From Candidatus Uhrbacteria bacterium (GTDB lineage Bacteria; Patescibacteriota; Patescibacteriia; 2-12-FULL-60-25): a stretch of 64,000 bases of DNA. A model generated the notes under the pieces. The model ran no database searches, had not been told where the DNA came from, and worked only from the letters and a program-made list of their open reading frames with translations. This document shows, one piece after another, positions 9,178 to 17,903 of the stretch. Within the stretch, counting starts at the first letter, position 1. The number at the start of each line of letters is the position of its first letter. The DNA is taken from NCBI GenBank assembly GCA_903918235.1, contig CAIXDN010000041.1, positions 22-64,021 on the forward strand, written 5' to 3'. Position numbers and translations under genes: made by a program.

Positions 9178-9211
9178 ACGCCGTCACTCAGATGAGAGTG
9201 ACGGCGTTTTG
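9178..9211. terminator. Hairpin terminator between the convergent queA and helicase genes
   Basis: GCCGTCACTC-agatga-GAGTGACGGC followed by TTTT; T-rich on the opposite strand as well. Confidence 0.6.
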
Positions 9212-9215
9212 AGAG

Positions 9216-11447
9216 CTACTTCTTTTTGCCAAGGAAGTGGGGCCAGGAGATCCACGAGGAAGCGTAGATCGCGTTTGGATTAGAAGGAAGTTGCGAATCT
9301 TCTTTATAGTGTGCTTGGTATTCACGCTGAGTCTTCACACCCATGCGTTGCACGGCTTCCATCGCTTCCAGGAATGGATAGAAGCTTGCTTTCTGTGTTC
9401 CTGTGCAGAAATGAGACCAAGAGGTCCATGAAGAGGCGTAGATCTTATTCGGCTCACAAGGAAGACGCGAGTCTTCTTTGTAGCGCGCCTTGTATTCTGC
9501 TCCGTTTTTTATACCCATCCGCTGTACAACTTCCATCGCTTCCAGGAATGGATAGAAGCTTGCTTTCTGTGTTCCTGTAAGGAAGTGTGTCCAAGAGATC
9601 CATATGGAAATATAAATCTTATTTGGTTCACAAGGAAGACGCGAGTCTTCTTTGTATCGTGCGCTATATTCAGACACGGACTTTACTCCCAACCGCTGTA
9701 CGACTTCCATCGCTTCGAGGAATGGGTAGAAACCCGCTCTCTGCGTTCCTGTGAGAAAGTGTGGCCAGGTGATCCATGAAGAGGCGTAGATCGCATTTGG
9801 GTTAGACGGAAGGCTAGTGTCTTCTTTGTAGCGCGTCCTGTATTCAGTCACACTCTTCACACCCATCCTCTGCACGACTTCCATCGCTTCGGTGAATGAG
9901 TAGAAGTTTGCTTTCTGTGTTCCTGTGAGAAAGTGGGTCCAGGACATCCATGAGGAGGCATAAGCTCCTTCAGGAGTTGAAGGAAGTCGAGAGTCTTCTT
10001 TGTAGCGCGCCTTGTATTCAGGCTGAGTCTTCACGCTCATTCTTTGCACTGCTTCCATCGCCTCGGTGAATGAGTAGAAATTAGCTTTCTGCGTTCCTGT
10101 GAGAAAGTGAAACAAGGAGATCCATGAAGCAGCGTAAATTTTGCTCGGATCCGAAGGAAGACGAGGGTCTTCTTTGTAGCGTGCCTTATATTCATGCTGC
10201 GACTTCACACCCATCCTCCGCACAACTTCCATCGCTTCGGAGAATGAGTAAAAGTCAACTTCTATGCGTTGCAGGATGTCTCGGAGATCTCGGCTTTCTT
10301 CATCGAGATTGAAGATGATGCTTGAGGCGTTGATGGAGGAGCTGTGACGCTCGCCATATTCACGCTCAAGCGCCTGAACTTCTTCCACGAACGCTGTTGC
10401 GATAGAGATACGATCACAGTTTCCGACGAAGTCGAGAACGGTGACGTGGCTCTTGGTCGCAGTCTTGCGAAGCCCGCGTCCGAGTTGCTGGAGATAGATC
10501 GTTCTCGACTCCGTTGAACGGAGGAAAACGATCAGTTCCGTATCGGGGACGTCGATGCCTTCGTTGAACATATCCTTCACGAGCAGATACTTGATGCGAC
10601 CCCGGCGGAATCCCTCCAGGTTCGCGTCCAGCGTCTTACGATCAAGTCTCGAGTGGTACGGTCGCGCCTTTCGGAGACGCGTTGCCATACCCTCGGCTTG
10701 CTCGATACTCGTGCAGAAGATGATGCCTTGAGCCTTGTAGCTCATGATCTCTTCCGCGATCTCCTCGTCGAGTCGGTGAATGAACACCTCGTCGTTCAGT
10801 TCTCGCAGAGTGATGCGTTCGCCGGACATGACGCGACGCTTGAGTTCGTTGATGGCGTCGCGTGCGGCCGTTCCTACGGTCATCAACTTGTAGTCGATGT
10901 CCGAGAGATACCTGCGTGCGACGGCTTCTTGGAGCGTGAGCGTTGCGGTTGGCTCGCCAAACAAATCACCAATGTCGAGTCCATCTTCACGGTCGGGAGT
11001 TGCCGTCATTCCGAGCAAGTATTTTGGTTGGAAATACTCGACGGTCGGACGGAAGGTCTCGGCTTGTGAGTGGTGACTTTCATCGACGACGACCATGTCA
11101 AAGGCGTTGGACGTGAAGAGATTGCGGTGCCCGTGCATCGTCTGGAACGATGCGAATAGGAACTCCGTGACTCTTGGATCCGCCTTTTCCTCGCCAGTAA
11201 ACATACCCATGGTACGCGAACCGTTGAACACGGCTCGATACGCTTCCATGGCCTGACGAAGGATATCGTTGTTATGGCAGAGGAAGAGCAGTCGCTTGCG
11301 CGAGCTGAGCAACTTCTGAACGATGAGCGCACTCGTGATGGTCTTTCCGGTACCGGTAGCCATCACCATGAGTGCTCTTCCGTCGCGCTCGAGTGCGCCG
11401 GAGACCGTCTCGATGATCGGAACCTGATAGCCGTGCGGATTGATCAC
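9216..11447 (-). CDS. SF2 helicase (ResIII/DEAD-like core) with six C-terminal 58-aa tandem repeats
   Basis: Motif I MATGTGKT, motif II VVDESHH, motif III GMTATP, and a C-terminal helicase lobe (QQLGRGLR). These are followed by 6 copies of F-Y-x-F-x-E-A-M-E-x-V-Q-R-M-G-V-K...Y-K-E-D-x-x-L-P-x-x-P...Y-A-S-S-W-I-S-W-x-H-F-L-T-G-T. Confidence 0.85.
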   Translation of the reverse strand: MINPHGYQVPIIETVSGALERDGRALMVMATGTGKTITSALIVQKLLSSRKRLLFLCHNNDILRQAMEAYRAVFNGSRTMGMFTGEEKADPRVTEFLFASFQTMHGHRNLFTSNAFDMVVVDESHHSQAETFRPTVEYFQPKYLLGMTATPDREDGLDIGDLFGEPTATLTLQEAVARRYLSDIDYKLMTVGTAARDAINELKRRVMSGERITLRELNDEVFIHRLDEEIAEEIMSYKAQGIIFCTSIEQAEGMATRLRKARPYHSRLDRKTLDANLEGFRRGRIKYLLVKDMFNEGIDVPDTELIVFLRSTESRTIYLQQLGRGLRKTATKSHVTVLDFVGNCDRISIATAFVEEVQALEREYGERHSSSINASSIIFNLDEESRDLRDILQRIEVDFYSFSEAMEVVRRMGVKSQHEYKARYKEDPRLPSDPSKIYAASWISLFHFLTGTQKANFYSFTEAMEAVQRMSVKTQPEYKARYKEDSRLPSTPEGAYASSWMSWTHFLTGTQKANFYSFTEAMEVVQRMGVKSVTEYRTRYKEDTSLPSNPNAIYASSWITWPHFLTGTQRAGFYPFLEAMEVVQRLGVKSVSEYSARYKEDSRLPCEPNKIYISIWISWTHFLTGTQKASFYPFLEAMEVVQRMGIKNGAEYKARYKEDSRLPCEPNKIYASSWTSWSHFCTGTQKASFYPFLEAMEAVQRMGVKTQREYQAHYKEDSQLPSNPNAIYASSWISWPHFLGKKK
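9219..10253 (-). repeat. In-frame tandem coding repeat, 6 x 174 bp
   Basis: 174-bp periodicity. For example, a 49-bp stretch CTTCCATCGCTTCCAGGAATGGATAGAAGCTTGCTTTCTGTGTTCCTGT is identical at 9356-9404 and 9530-9578. Confidence 0.9.
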
Positions 11448-11518
11448 TATCGCCTCATTTTTAAAGAGCGCCCGGGGTTATTCCCGTGCGCTCTGCTTAG
11501 CAAAAAAATAATGCTTTG

Positions 11519-12709
11519 TCAATCCTTGGCTCCAGCTCCCCGATAGCAATTCATGACCGTATCGATGTGATCTTTCCAGAGATGGTGAGACTGAATGCGC
11601 TCTCGGCTTTTGGCGCCCATTTGGTCGCGGATTTCTGTGGGGGTGGCGAGGAAGCGGCGGAGGTTGCGGAGCCAGTCGTCGACGTTGCCGGGTTTTACGA
11701 GGAAGCCATTTTCTCCGTCGGTGATGAGTTCTGGGTTTCCGCCGATGCGGGTTACGAGACATGGGAGACCGCTTGCCATCGCTTCAAGAATTACGCTACT
11801 CGCATTTTCATAACTCAGGGTAGGACGCACAAGTGCTTCTGCGCGGTAACGAAGTTTCTTGATTTCCGCGGGTGTGACAAACCCTAAAAACTCGATGTGA
11901 TGTGCGCCTTTTTCTTTTACGAGGGCTTTCAATTTTTCTTCCAATGGTCCGCGACCGGCGATTTTTACCGGGAGCTCCGGGACTTTTGCGGAGGCTTCAA
12001 TGAAACTTTCGATCCCCTTTTCTGTTTTTAAATTACCGATAAATAAGACATAGCCACCGCCTCGAACAGCTGGTTCATCGATCCAATCGGTTGGTGCTGG
12101 TGCGTATTGAAGCTTGCCTGCAGGCTCTCCCCAATCCTCCATCTTCTCTTTTATAAATCGTGATGGACATAAAAAATAGGATGATGTTTTTTCATAGGTC
12201 TGCGTTGCTTTTGCGGCGTACATTTCTACTGCCGCGACAACATTACAGAAAAGGTTTGGCGAAACACATCGATGACGAATGATGTTATAGTATTTTCCAC
12301 CCTTACTTTTTTCACAGGGAGCGCCATGATCAAACATAGACGCATTTGGAGCGATGAGTTTGTAATCATGTAGCGTCTGAATGCATGGAATATTGCGCTT
12401 ACGAATCTCCGGCAAAATCGAAACAGAGATGTGGTGATGGATTGTATGTAAATGAATCACCTCCGGCTTTACCTCATCGAGCATTTTTGCAAACGCTTTT
12501 TTTGCTACGTTGTTCCAAAGCGATGGATGGTCGTGGTCGTGACGAGGGATGAAGTGATTCTCGTCTCTTGAAGGAATATTTTTTACACCAACGGTAGAAA
12601 ACACGTGAACAACATGACCCCGACTCTCGAGTTCATCGATGAGTCCGTGTACATATACCTCCGTACCACCATGGAGATCAAAAAAATTATTGACTTGAAG
12701 GATTCGCAT
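11519..12709 (-). CDS. Glycosyltransferase family 4 (GT-B, group 1)
   Basis: 396 aa. MRILQVNNFF...GG N-terminus and a C-terminal E-x7-E region (YENASSVILEAMASGLPCLVTRIGGNPELI). Confidence 0.85.
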   Translation of the reverse strand: MRILQVNNFFDLHGGTEVYVHGLIDELESRGHVVHVFSTVGVKNIPSRDENHFIPRHDHDHPSLWNNVAKKAFAKMLDEVKPEVIHLHTIHHHISVSILPEIRKRNIPCIQTLHDYKLIAPNASMFDHGAPCEKSKGGKYYNIIRHRCVSPNLFCNVVAAVEMYAAKATQTYEKTSSYFLCPSRFIKEKMEDWGEPAGKLQYAPAPTDWIDEPAVRGGGYVLFIGNLKTEKGIESFIEASAKVPELPVKIAGRGPLEEKLKALVKEKGAHHIEFLGFVTPAEIKKLRYRAEALVRPTLSYENASSVILEAMASGLPCLVTRIGGNPELITDGENGFLVKPGNVDDWLRNLRRFLATPTEIRDQMGAKSRERIQSHHLWKDHIDTVMNCYRGAGAKD

Positions 12710-12731
12710 CTTTGCCTATTGTACAACAAAG

Positions 12732-13829
12732 TTAACCAATGAGCCTACGATAGAGTTGGTTATAACTTTCTTTCATGACTTCTACCGTATAAAGCTCCTG
12801 CACAATTTTGCGGGCACGGTGTGCGCGCTCTATAGCGTGGCCGTATTGATTAAGGATATCTGAAATTGCTTTTGCCCAGGCCTCTACATTACCGATCGGT
12901 GCAAATGCCAGTGTGTCTGGAGGAAAGACCTCGTTAAAAATTGAAAGACTAGAAACGAGAATTGGAACTTGCGCAACAGCGGCTTCTCGTACAGCGATCG
13001 CTTGTCCCTCGTGGTGCGAGGCTAGCAAAAAGAGATCTGCGTGGCGCAAACGCTCTGGAACATTGTCAACGGAACCAGCGAACGTTATGCGTGGCATGAT
13101 ACCAAGCATCTCTGCTTTACGTTGAAGGGAGATTCTATCGGGACCTTCGCCAATGATCTCTAAGGTCCATGGACGATGTACGGAGGCAAGTGCTTCTAGC
13201 ACCGTTTCTTGCCCCTTCTCTTTTGTTAAACGTCCCACCATTATCAAATGCGGCATATCGCCTGCATGATGCACGTGTCTTGGCACAAAGCGGCTCCCAT
13301 CAATACCGACTGGTATTACCGACTGCAGCGATGTTTTTATGCCGTATCGATGCGTCACCATCTGCTGGACTGACTCTGATACGGAGACGACATACTGAGC
13401 GCCGCGATATGCGCGCCAGCGAAGCAGCTGTTTGAACCATGAATATTCATCTTCGTGACTATGCGCTGTTATTACTTGTGGGATCCGGAGTTTACGACAC
13501 GCAAAGCCAGCCCAGACGTCCGCATCAAGATGCGTGTTCACGATATGAGGACGATGCTCGGACCAGCGTGCAATCAACCAGTCAATGAGCTTTCGACGAT
13601 CGACTCCCCCTCTTGTTTTTGGTGCGATTGTTATTGTGATTCCAGCGGCGCGATACTCTGCTTCCATTTCTCCTCCGCCATTGAGCGCGATCACTTCAAC
13701 GCTATACTCTTTTAAAAATGCCTGACACAGATCAAAAACCATACGCTCGGCTCCAGCGCGTCTTAAGGTCCAGACGACATGGACAAGTCGAGGCTTTGAA
13801 AAAGACATTGGCTTAATTATAGCAAACAT
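12732..13829 (-). CDS. Glycosyltransferase family 4
   Basis: 365 aa with GT-B group 1 features (LLASHHEGQAIAVREAAVAQVPILVS). The start may be the internal M at 13808. Confidence 0.75.
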   Translation of the reverse strand: MFAIIKPMSFSKPRLVHVVWTLRRAGAERMVFDLCQAFLKEYSVEVIALNGGGEMEAEYRAAGITITIAPKTRGGVDRRKLIDWLIARWSEHRPHIVNTHLDADVWAGFACRKLRIPQVITAHSHEDEYSWFKQLLRWRAYRGAQYVVSVSESVQQMVTHRYGIKTSLQSVIPVGIDGSRFVPRHVHHAGDMPHLIMVGRLTKEKGQETVLEALASVHRPWTLEIIGEGPDRISLQRKAEMLGIMPRITFAGSVDNVPERLRHADLFLLASHHEGQAIAVREAAVAQVPILVSSLSIFNEVFPPDTLAFAPIGNVEAWAKAISDILNQYGHAIERAHRARKIVQELYTVEVMKESYNQLYRRLIG

Positions 13830-13915
13830 CTTGGAAATAAAATGATCCCTCGTACCGCTTGCGCGATACGAGAGATCCAGATGGCTGCGAAATCGATCCG
13901 CAACCGTTGGGAATA

Positions 13916-16399
13916 CTACGGGCAGGTCACAGCGGGTGCTGCCGGATTGGCAGGAAACTCAGGGAGTAGGCCACTGCTCGGAATAGGACCAGGACAGACC
14001 GTGCCAGCGCTCGTGCGGTTGACTCCGGCCGTGATGAACGACGTCACACAGCGCGGTGCCACATTGCGTGGAGCCGGCCAGACGCGCGCATCCGTAGATC
14101 CACACCATAGTCCGAGGCGGTAGATGCCGCTCGAGACATTGGCGAGATCCATCGATACGGCGAGGACACCCGGACTAGACGGAACGTCACAGTCGTTTTG
14201 GTCCTTGATCGTGAGCATCCATCCAGAGAGACAGGTCCCGAAGATGGAGTTGACACAGAGCAGATCCAGCGATGCCGAGACGACACCGGTGTATCCACTT
14301 GCGACTCGTCCTGCGCGACAGTAGGTGGTTTGTGACTCCGTCCATAGAGCTACGGGGCCAGCATCAGCGCTCGGGACGCCTGCGTCGGCGGCGGGCGTTC
14401 CCGCATCGCCACAGGACAGGAACTCATCGATACCGCCGTTGCAGTTGTTGTCGATTCCATCGCAGACTTCTGCGGTGGGACCAGCAGCTCCGAAGCAGGC
14501 GCTGAAGGCACCAGCCACGCAGGTTTGTGCACCGTTGGTACAGGCGCCTAGACCCGGCGTGCCACCCCCAAAGGGATAGCAGGGCTGAGTCAGGGGTCCG
14601 CCTGCAATCGCATCGTTGTCGACGACGCCATCGCAGTTATCGTCGATCCCGTTGCAGGTTTCGCCGATCGGATCGAGCGCAGGTGCCGCAGGAACACATT
14701 GGATACTTGTTCCACCGACACACGTGAGCGTACCAGGGCTTGCGCAGCGACCGCGTCCGAAGGTACAGGAACCTCCGGTCACTGTTCCGCCGCATCCAGG
14801 AGAGCAGAGTAGGTCTGTACCGTTACAGTCCTGATCGATGCCATCACCGCAGATTTCCGTCTGCGGCCTGACCTCGCCCGTACAGAAGCCCCAGACAGGA
14901 GCACCGGCATAACCGATACAAGCCTGGGTTCCTGCCATACAAACGCCTCGCCCCGCCTGAGACATCGAGTAGCTTGCGCAGGTTTGAACGACGCTTTCGT
15001 CGATCGAGCCGTCGCAATCGTCATCGATACCATTGCAGACTTCGCTCGTAGCAGCACCTGCTGCCACGTTGCATGCGACGACGCCTGCTGCACACGTATA
15101 GGTACCAGAGCGCTGACAGGCTCCGATCCCCTCACTGCAGGACAGCGGCACCGGTACGACTCGCGCATCGGAACCACAGACCACGCAGGAATCAGCGAAG
15201 CCATTGCAGTCCTCGTCTGTTGCGTTTCCGCAAACTTCGAGAGCAGGCAGGACTTCACCACTACACGTGCTAAATACGCCAGCTCTGCAGATCTTGTTAC
15301 CTGCACGACAGGCGCCGATTCCGGCAGATCCGGCGCGACCCGTGTAACAGCTCTCGACGTTGCCATCGATACCGCCATCACAGTCATTGTCGAATCCATC
15401 ACAGACTTCCGGTGAAGGAAGTCCAGCCACGGCGTCACAGATAAGCTCTGTTCCGACGCAGTTGAACGTTCCCATATCCATACAGCTCCCGATGCCAGCG
15501 CTGCACGGCGTTCCTACGCGCGCATCACCACCGCAACGGACAGAGTACAGAAGACCGCCATTACAGTCTTCGTCGATCAGGTTGTCAGGAACTTCGATGC
15601 TGGGGCCGATTGCCCCGACACATGCGCTCCACGACACGGTCGCAGGATTATAGTTCTGCATACCGTATTGGCACACTCCAACGCCGGGGTTACCCGTCGG
15701 GAACGGGAAACAGCTGCGTGAAATATTGTTGTCGACGATACCGTCGCAGTCGTTATCGAATCCATCGGGCGCCACGCCCTCTGAACCGCGCGCTGCTTCA
15801 TTTGCAGAAGCAGAACACACCTTCACGTTGGACAGATTGCATGTCCATACGCCATTACCTCTGCAGATACCGAGACCTGCACTGCATGGCACCGCGCCGA
15901 CCACTTCTGGATCACTATTGCATGCCGTGTTCATTCCTCCATCGAAGGAGCTTGGAACACCAGAGTCATGCGACGTGCCGGCATATGGGACACATGCGCC
16001 CCATCTGTTAGCGACATCGCAGTACTGGTAGCCGGGACGAAGCGTCCCGTCTGCCGTCGTGCAAGAGAGATTGACTGCGCCAGGAGGGTCACATTGACCT
16101 GACCCGGTGGGAGTGCCTGGAACGGGCAGCGGTACGGTTGCTGGGCACGTCACCTCAAAGCAGGATGACGCTACGTTTGTAATGAGGTCACACACTTGGA
16201 AGGCGCAGACAGAGACGCCATCCGAGCCGAGACAGTTCTGCCACATGCCACGCTGAGCTGGTGAGCACGTGCTCCCCGGCTCGACTAGTGACTGAACAGA
16301 ACCACTTCCTCCCGTAACGGGAGTGCAAGAGACCAGACTGAAACTAACGACCACTGCCAGAACAGAGAACGAGACCAGACGACTGAGCAGACGGTACAT
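13916..16399 (-). CDS. High-GC secreted Cys-rich repeat lipoprotein (about 8 C-D-G-x-D-N-D-C-D-G modules)
   Basis: The ORF track gives 13916-16453 (TTG start). The ATG at 16399 gives MYRLLSRLVSFSVLAVVVSFSLVSC with lipobox L-V-S-C. Repeats include GFDNDCDG, IDEDCNG, CDGFDNDCDGGIDG, TDEDCNG, CNGIDDDCDGSIDE, GIDQDCNG, CNGIDDNCDGVVDN and CDGIDNNCNGGIDE. GC is visibly far above the flanks. Confidence 0.8.
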   Translation of the reverse strand: MYRLLSRLVSFSVLAVVVSFSLVSCTPVTGGSGSVQSLVEPGSTCSPAQRGMWQNCLGSDGVSVCAFQVCDLITNVASSCFEVTCPATVPLPVPGTPTGSGQCDPPGAVNLSCTTADGTLRPGYQYCDVANRWGACVPYAGTSHDSGVPSSFDGGMNTACNSDPEVVGAVPCSAGLGICRGNGVWTCNLSNVKVCSASANEAARGSEGVAPDGFDNDCDGIVDNNISRSCFPFPTGNPGVGVCQYGMQNYNPATVSWSACVGAIGPSIEVPDNLIDEDCNGGLLYSVRCGGDARVGTPCSAGIGSCMDMGTFNCVGTELICDAVAGLPSPEVCDGFDNDCDGGIDGNVESCYTGRAGSAGIGACRAGNKICRAGVFSTCSGEVLPALEVCGNATDEDCNGFADSCVVCGSDARVVPVPLSCSEGIGACQRSGTYTCAAGVVACNVAAGAATSEVCNGIDDDCDGSIDESVVQTCASYSMSQAGRGVCMAGTQACIGYAGAPVWGFCTGEVRPQTEICGDGIDQDCNGTDLLCSPGCGGTVTGGSCTFGRGRCASPGTLTCVGGTSIQCVPAAPALDPIGETCNGIDDNCDGVVDNDAIAGGPLTQPCYPFGGGTPGLGACTNGAQTCVAGAFSACFGAAGPTAEVCDGIDNNCNGGIDEFLSCGDAGTPAADAGVPSADAGPVALWTESQTTYCRAGRVASGYTGVVSASLDLLCVNSIFGTCLSGWMLTIKDQNDCDVPSSPGVLAVSMDLANVSSGIYRLGLWCGSTDARVWPAPRNVAPRCVTSFITAGVNRTSAGTVCPGPIPSSGLLPEFPANPAAPAVTCP

Positions 16400-16596
16400 C
16401 GCACGAACCCTTTCTTCCGTGACTAAAACAGGCTGACGCCCACGGAGGCGCAAAAACTCATACTGTTAACGAGCGGACTCAACTTCACACAATAATAACG
16501 AAATGTCAATACCCGGAGCCTCATTCTTAGCCAAATATTATTTTCATTAAAAATCGCTTTGTTGACATCAATTCTACGAAACGGCAAAATTGTATC

Positions 16597-16945
16597 GCGA
16601 GTAATGATGCTCGCAACACAAGATCGATACCAGCAATGGAGTATACGCCATGTATCAAATAGTGGCCCTTGGCGCCGGGACGTGCGCGCTGTGAGCAGCC
16701 GAGATCACTGGGTTCAAAAAGGATCCCAGTGCATCTCGGCGCATACTTGGTTCATTAGGTCTGTCGCTCATTGCGGATTAGGTGGCAGGATCTAGGTTTA
16801 CCCGAAACCGGAGACATAGGGTAGACCAATAACAAAATCCAAGAGTCTCTTGATGATGCCTCTACAGGCACCGCTTCTGTTGAATACCGCTATTCCGGAA
16901 GCACACTCAGGCCCGCAACTCCTTCATAAGAGTTGCGGGCTTTTT
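16597..16945 (+). ncRNA. Candidate structured non-coding transcript (unknown class)
   Basis: TTGACA (16562-16567), 17 nt, CAAAAT (16585-16590), then about 350 nt with no convincing ORF. It contains a 17-bp bulged hairpin (16695-16741) and a 9-bp hairpin (16795-16827), and ends in an intrinsic terminator at 16911-16945. Confidence 0.3.
16911..16945 (+). terminator. Intrinsic terminator
   Basis: GCCCGCAACT-10 nt loop-AGTTGCGGGC followed by TTTTT. Confidence 0.75.
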
Positions 16946-17087
16946 CATTGACAAAATGCGTATTTTCGTCTAATTCTATTTTGCTGATCGTGGCCGCGCC
17001 GTACGGTTTACGGCTCTCAGAGCTTTTTTACGTTTTGCCTCGGCTACGGCCAAAGCCATTCACAAAAAGCTTGCAGAGGAGGCAGTT

Positions 17088-17777
17088 ATGGGAACGAATC
17101 GTCTCGCAACTAAAGGGCAGCTAAGTCGTATCGTCGAGCTCTATGCCAAGAACAAACTGCCGTTTGATCTTGCGCAGGAGCTTATCAAAGCATGCTCGAC
17201 GCAACAACTTACTGAGACGCGCCTCAGTAAGCATCTCGCTTTTTGGGAACAGCACTATCCGGGTAAGGGCGAGGCGATTTTTAATCTGCTTAAACCATTT
17301 TACTATTGGAAGCCGCTCCTGAAGCCCAGCACACTCTACCTCAATCTTTATGCTTCAGAAGCCATCTTCTGGCGAGAGATCAATGGTATCCGTGTCTATT
17401 CAATGCATGAGCTTTCTTCTCTCGATTCCGACCTGTATGACTCTGTCTCGAGTTCACTCTCAGACTCGATCTGCGACACGCTCATGTCTCTCGAGGACGG
17501 AGAGCTGTGGTCACCGCTCGAACGTCGCCTAGAGGACAACCTCTTGAAGGATCTTAAGCAGACTTTCAAGTCTGCTTTCGGAGATTCGCTGGACACTGCT
17601 CATCATGAATTTTTCTGGGAATCGCTACGAAGTCCAATCTTCTATAGTGTATTCTCAATCCTTATAGGAGCTCCTGATCAATCGGAATCGTTCAAGTATC
17701 TTTTTGCGATGTGGCTGGTTGGGAATTATCCCATCGGCTTTGATGAGACTAATCGCCTCCTGTTCCTTGTCGCCTAG
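17088..17777 (+). CDS. Hypothetical protein (229 aa)
   Basis: ATG preceded by GAGGAGG and by an upstream TTGACA box at about 16948; terminator follows at 17810-17842. No family recognised. The C-terminal 45 aa resemble the C-terminus of ORF 57590-58138. Confidence 0.65.
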   Translation: MGTNRLATKGQLSRIVELYAKNKLPFDLAQELIKACSTQQLTETRLSKHLAFWEQHYPGKGEAIFNLLKPFYYWKPLLKPSTLYLNLYASEAIFWREINGIRVYSMHELSSLDSDLYDSVSSSLSDSICDTLMSLEDGELWSPLERRLEDNLLKDLKQTFKSAFGDSLDTAHHEFFWESLRSPIFYSVFSILIGAPDQSESFKYLFAMWLVGNYPIGFDETNRLLFLVA

Positions 17778-17809
17778 TCGTACAACTGCTACGCGACCTT
17801 TCTGAACTA

Positions 17810-17842
17810 TGCCCAACCGGATCACTCCGGTTGGGCATTTTT
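17810..17842 (+). terminator. Intrinsic terminator
   Basis: TGCCCAACCGG-atcact-CCGGTTGGGCA followed by TTTTT. Confidence 0.75.
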
Positions 17843-17903
17843 CTTTGGGTTTACGGGTTGACATTTTTGCCGCTATTTGGTACGCAGACCGTCATTTCTA
17901 TCT

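Noticed and set aside
9219-10253. Regular 174-bp repeats that could superficially be mistaken for a CRISPR-like or satellite array
   Set aside because: The period is an exact multiple of 3. The repeats lie in one long open frame continuous with a helicase core and there are no unique spacers. They are coding repeats.
9237-10312. Series of plus-strand 62-89-aa ORFs (9237-9431, 9311-9580, 9585-9779, 10124-10312)
   Set aside because: They are antisense shadows of the tandem repeat region and recur with the same 174-bp period. They have no ribosome-binding sites or motifs.
11478-11762. Arg/Pro-rich 94-aa ORF overlapping the GT4 gene end
   Set aside because: It lies out of frame within a well-supported glycosyltransferase and has an extremely biased composition, which is typical of a shadow ORF.
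14044-16031. Many 60-219-aa ORFs on both strands inside 13916-16453
   Set aside because: Stop-poor alternative frames are typical of high-GC DNA. Their Arg/Pro/Ser-rich translations lack motifs, whereas the minus-strand 845-aa frame has a lipobox and ordered Cys repeats.
16559-16795. 78-aa plus-strand ORF in the 16.5-17.0 kb gap
   Set aside because: The TTG start coincides with the -35 box and no ribosome-binding site precedes the internal ATGs. The translation is Trp/Arg-rich and low-plausibility, and it is interrupted by strong hairpins. It is treated as part of a candidate RNA instead.
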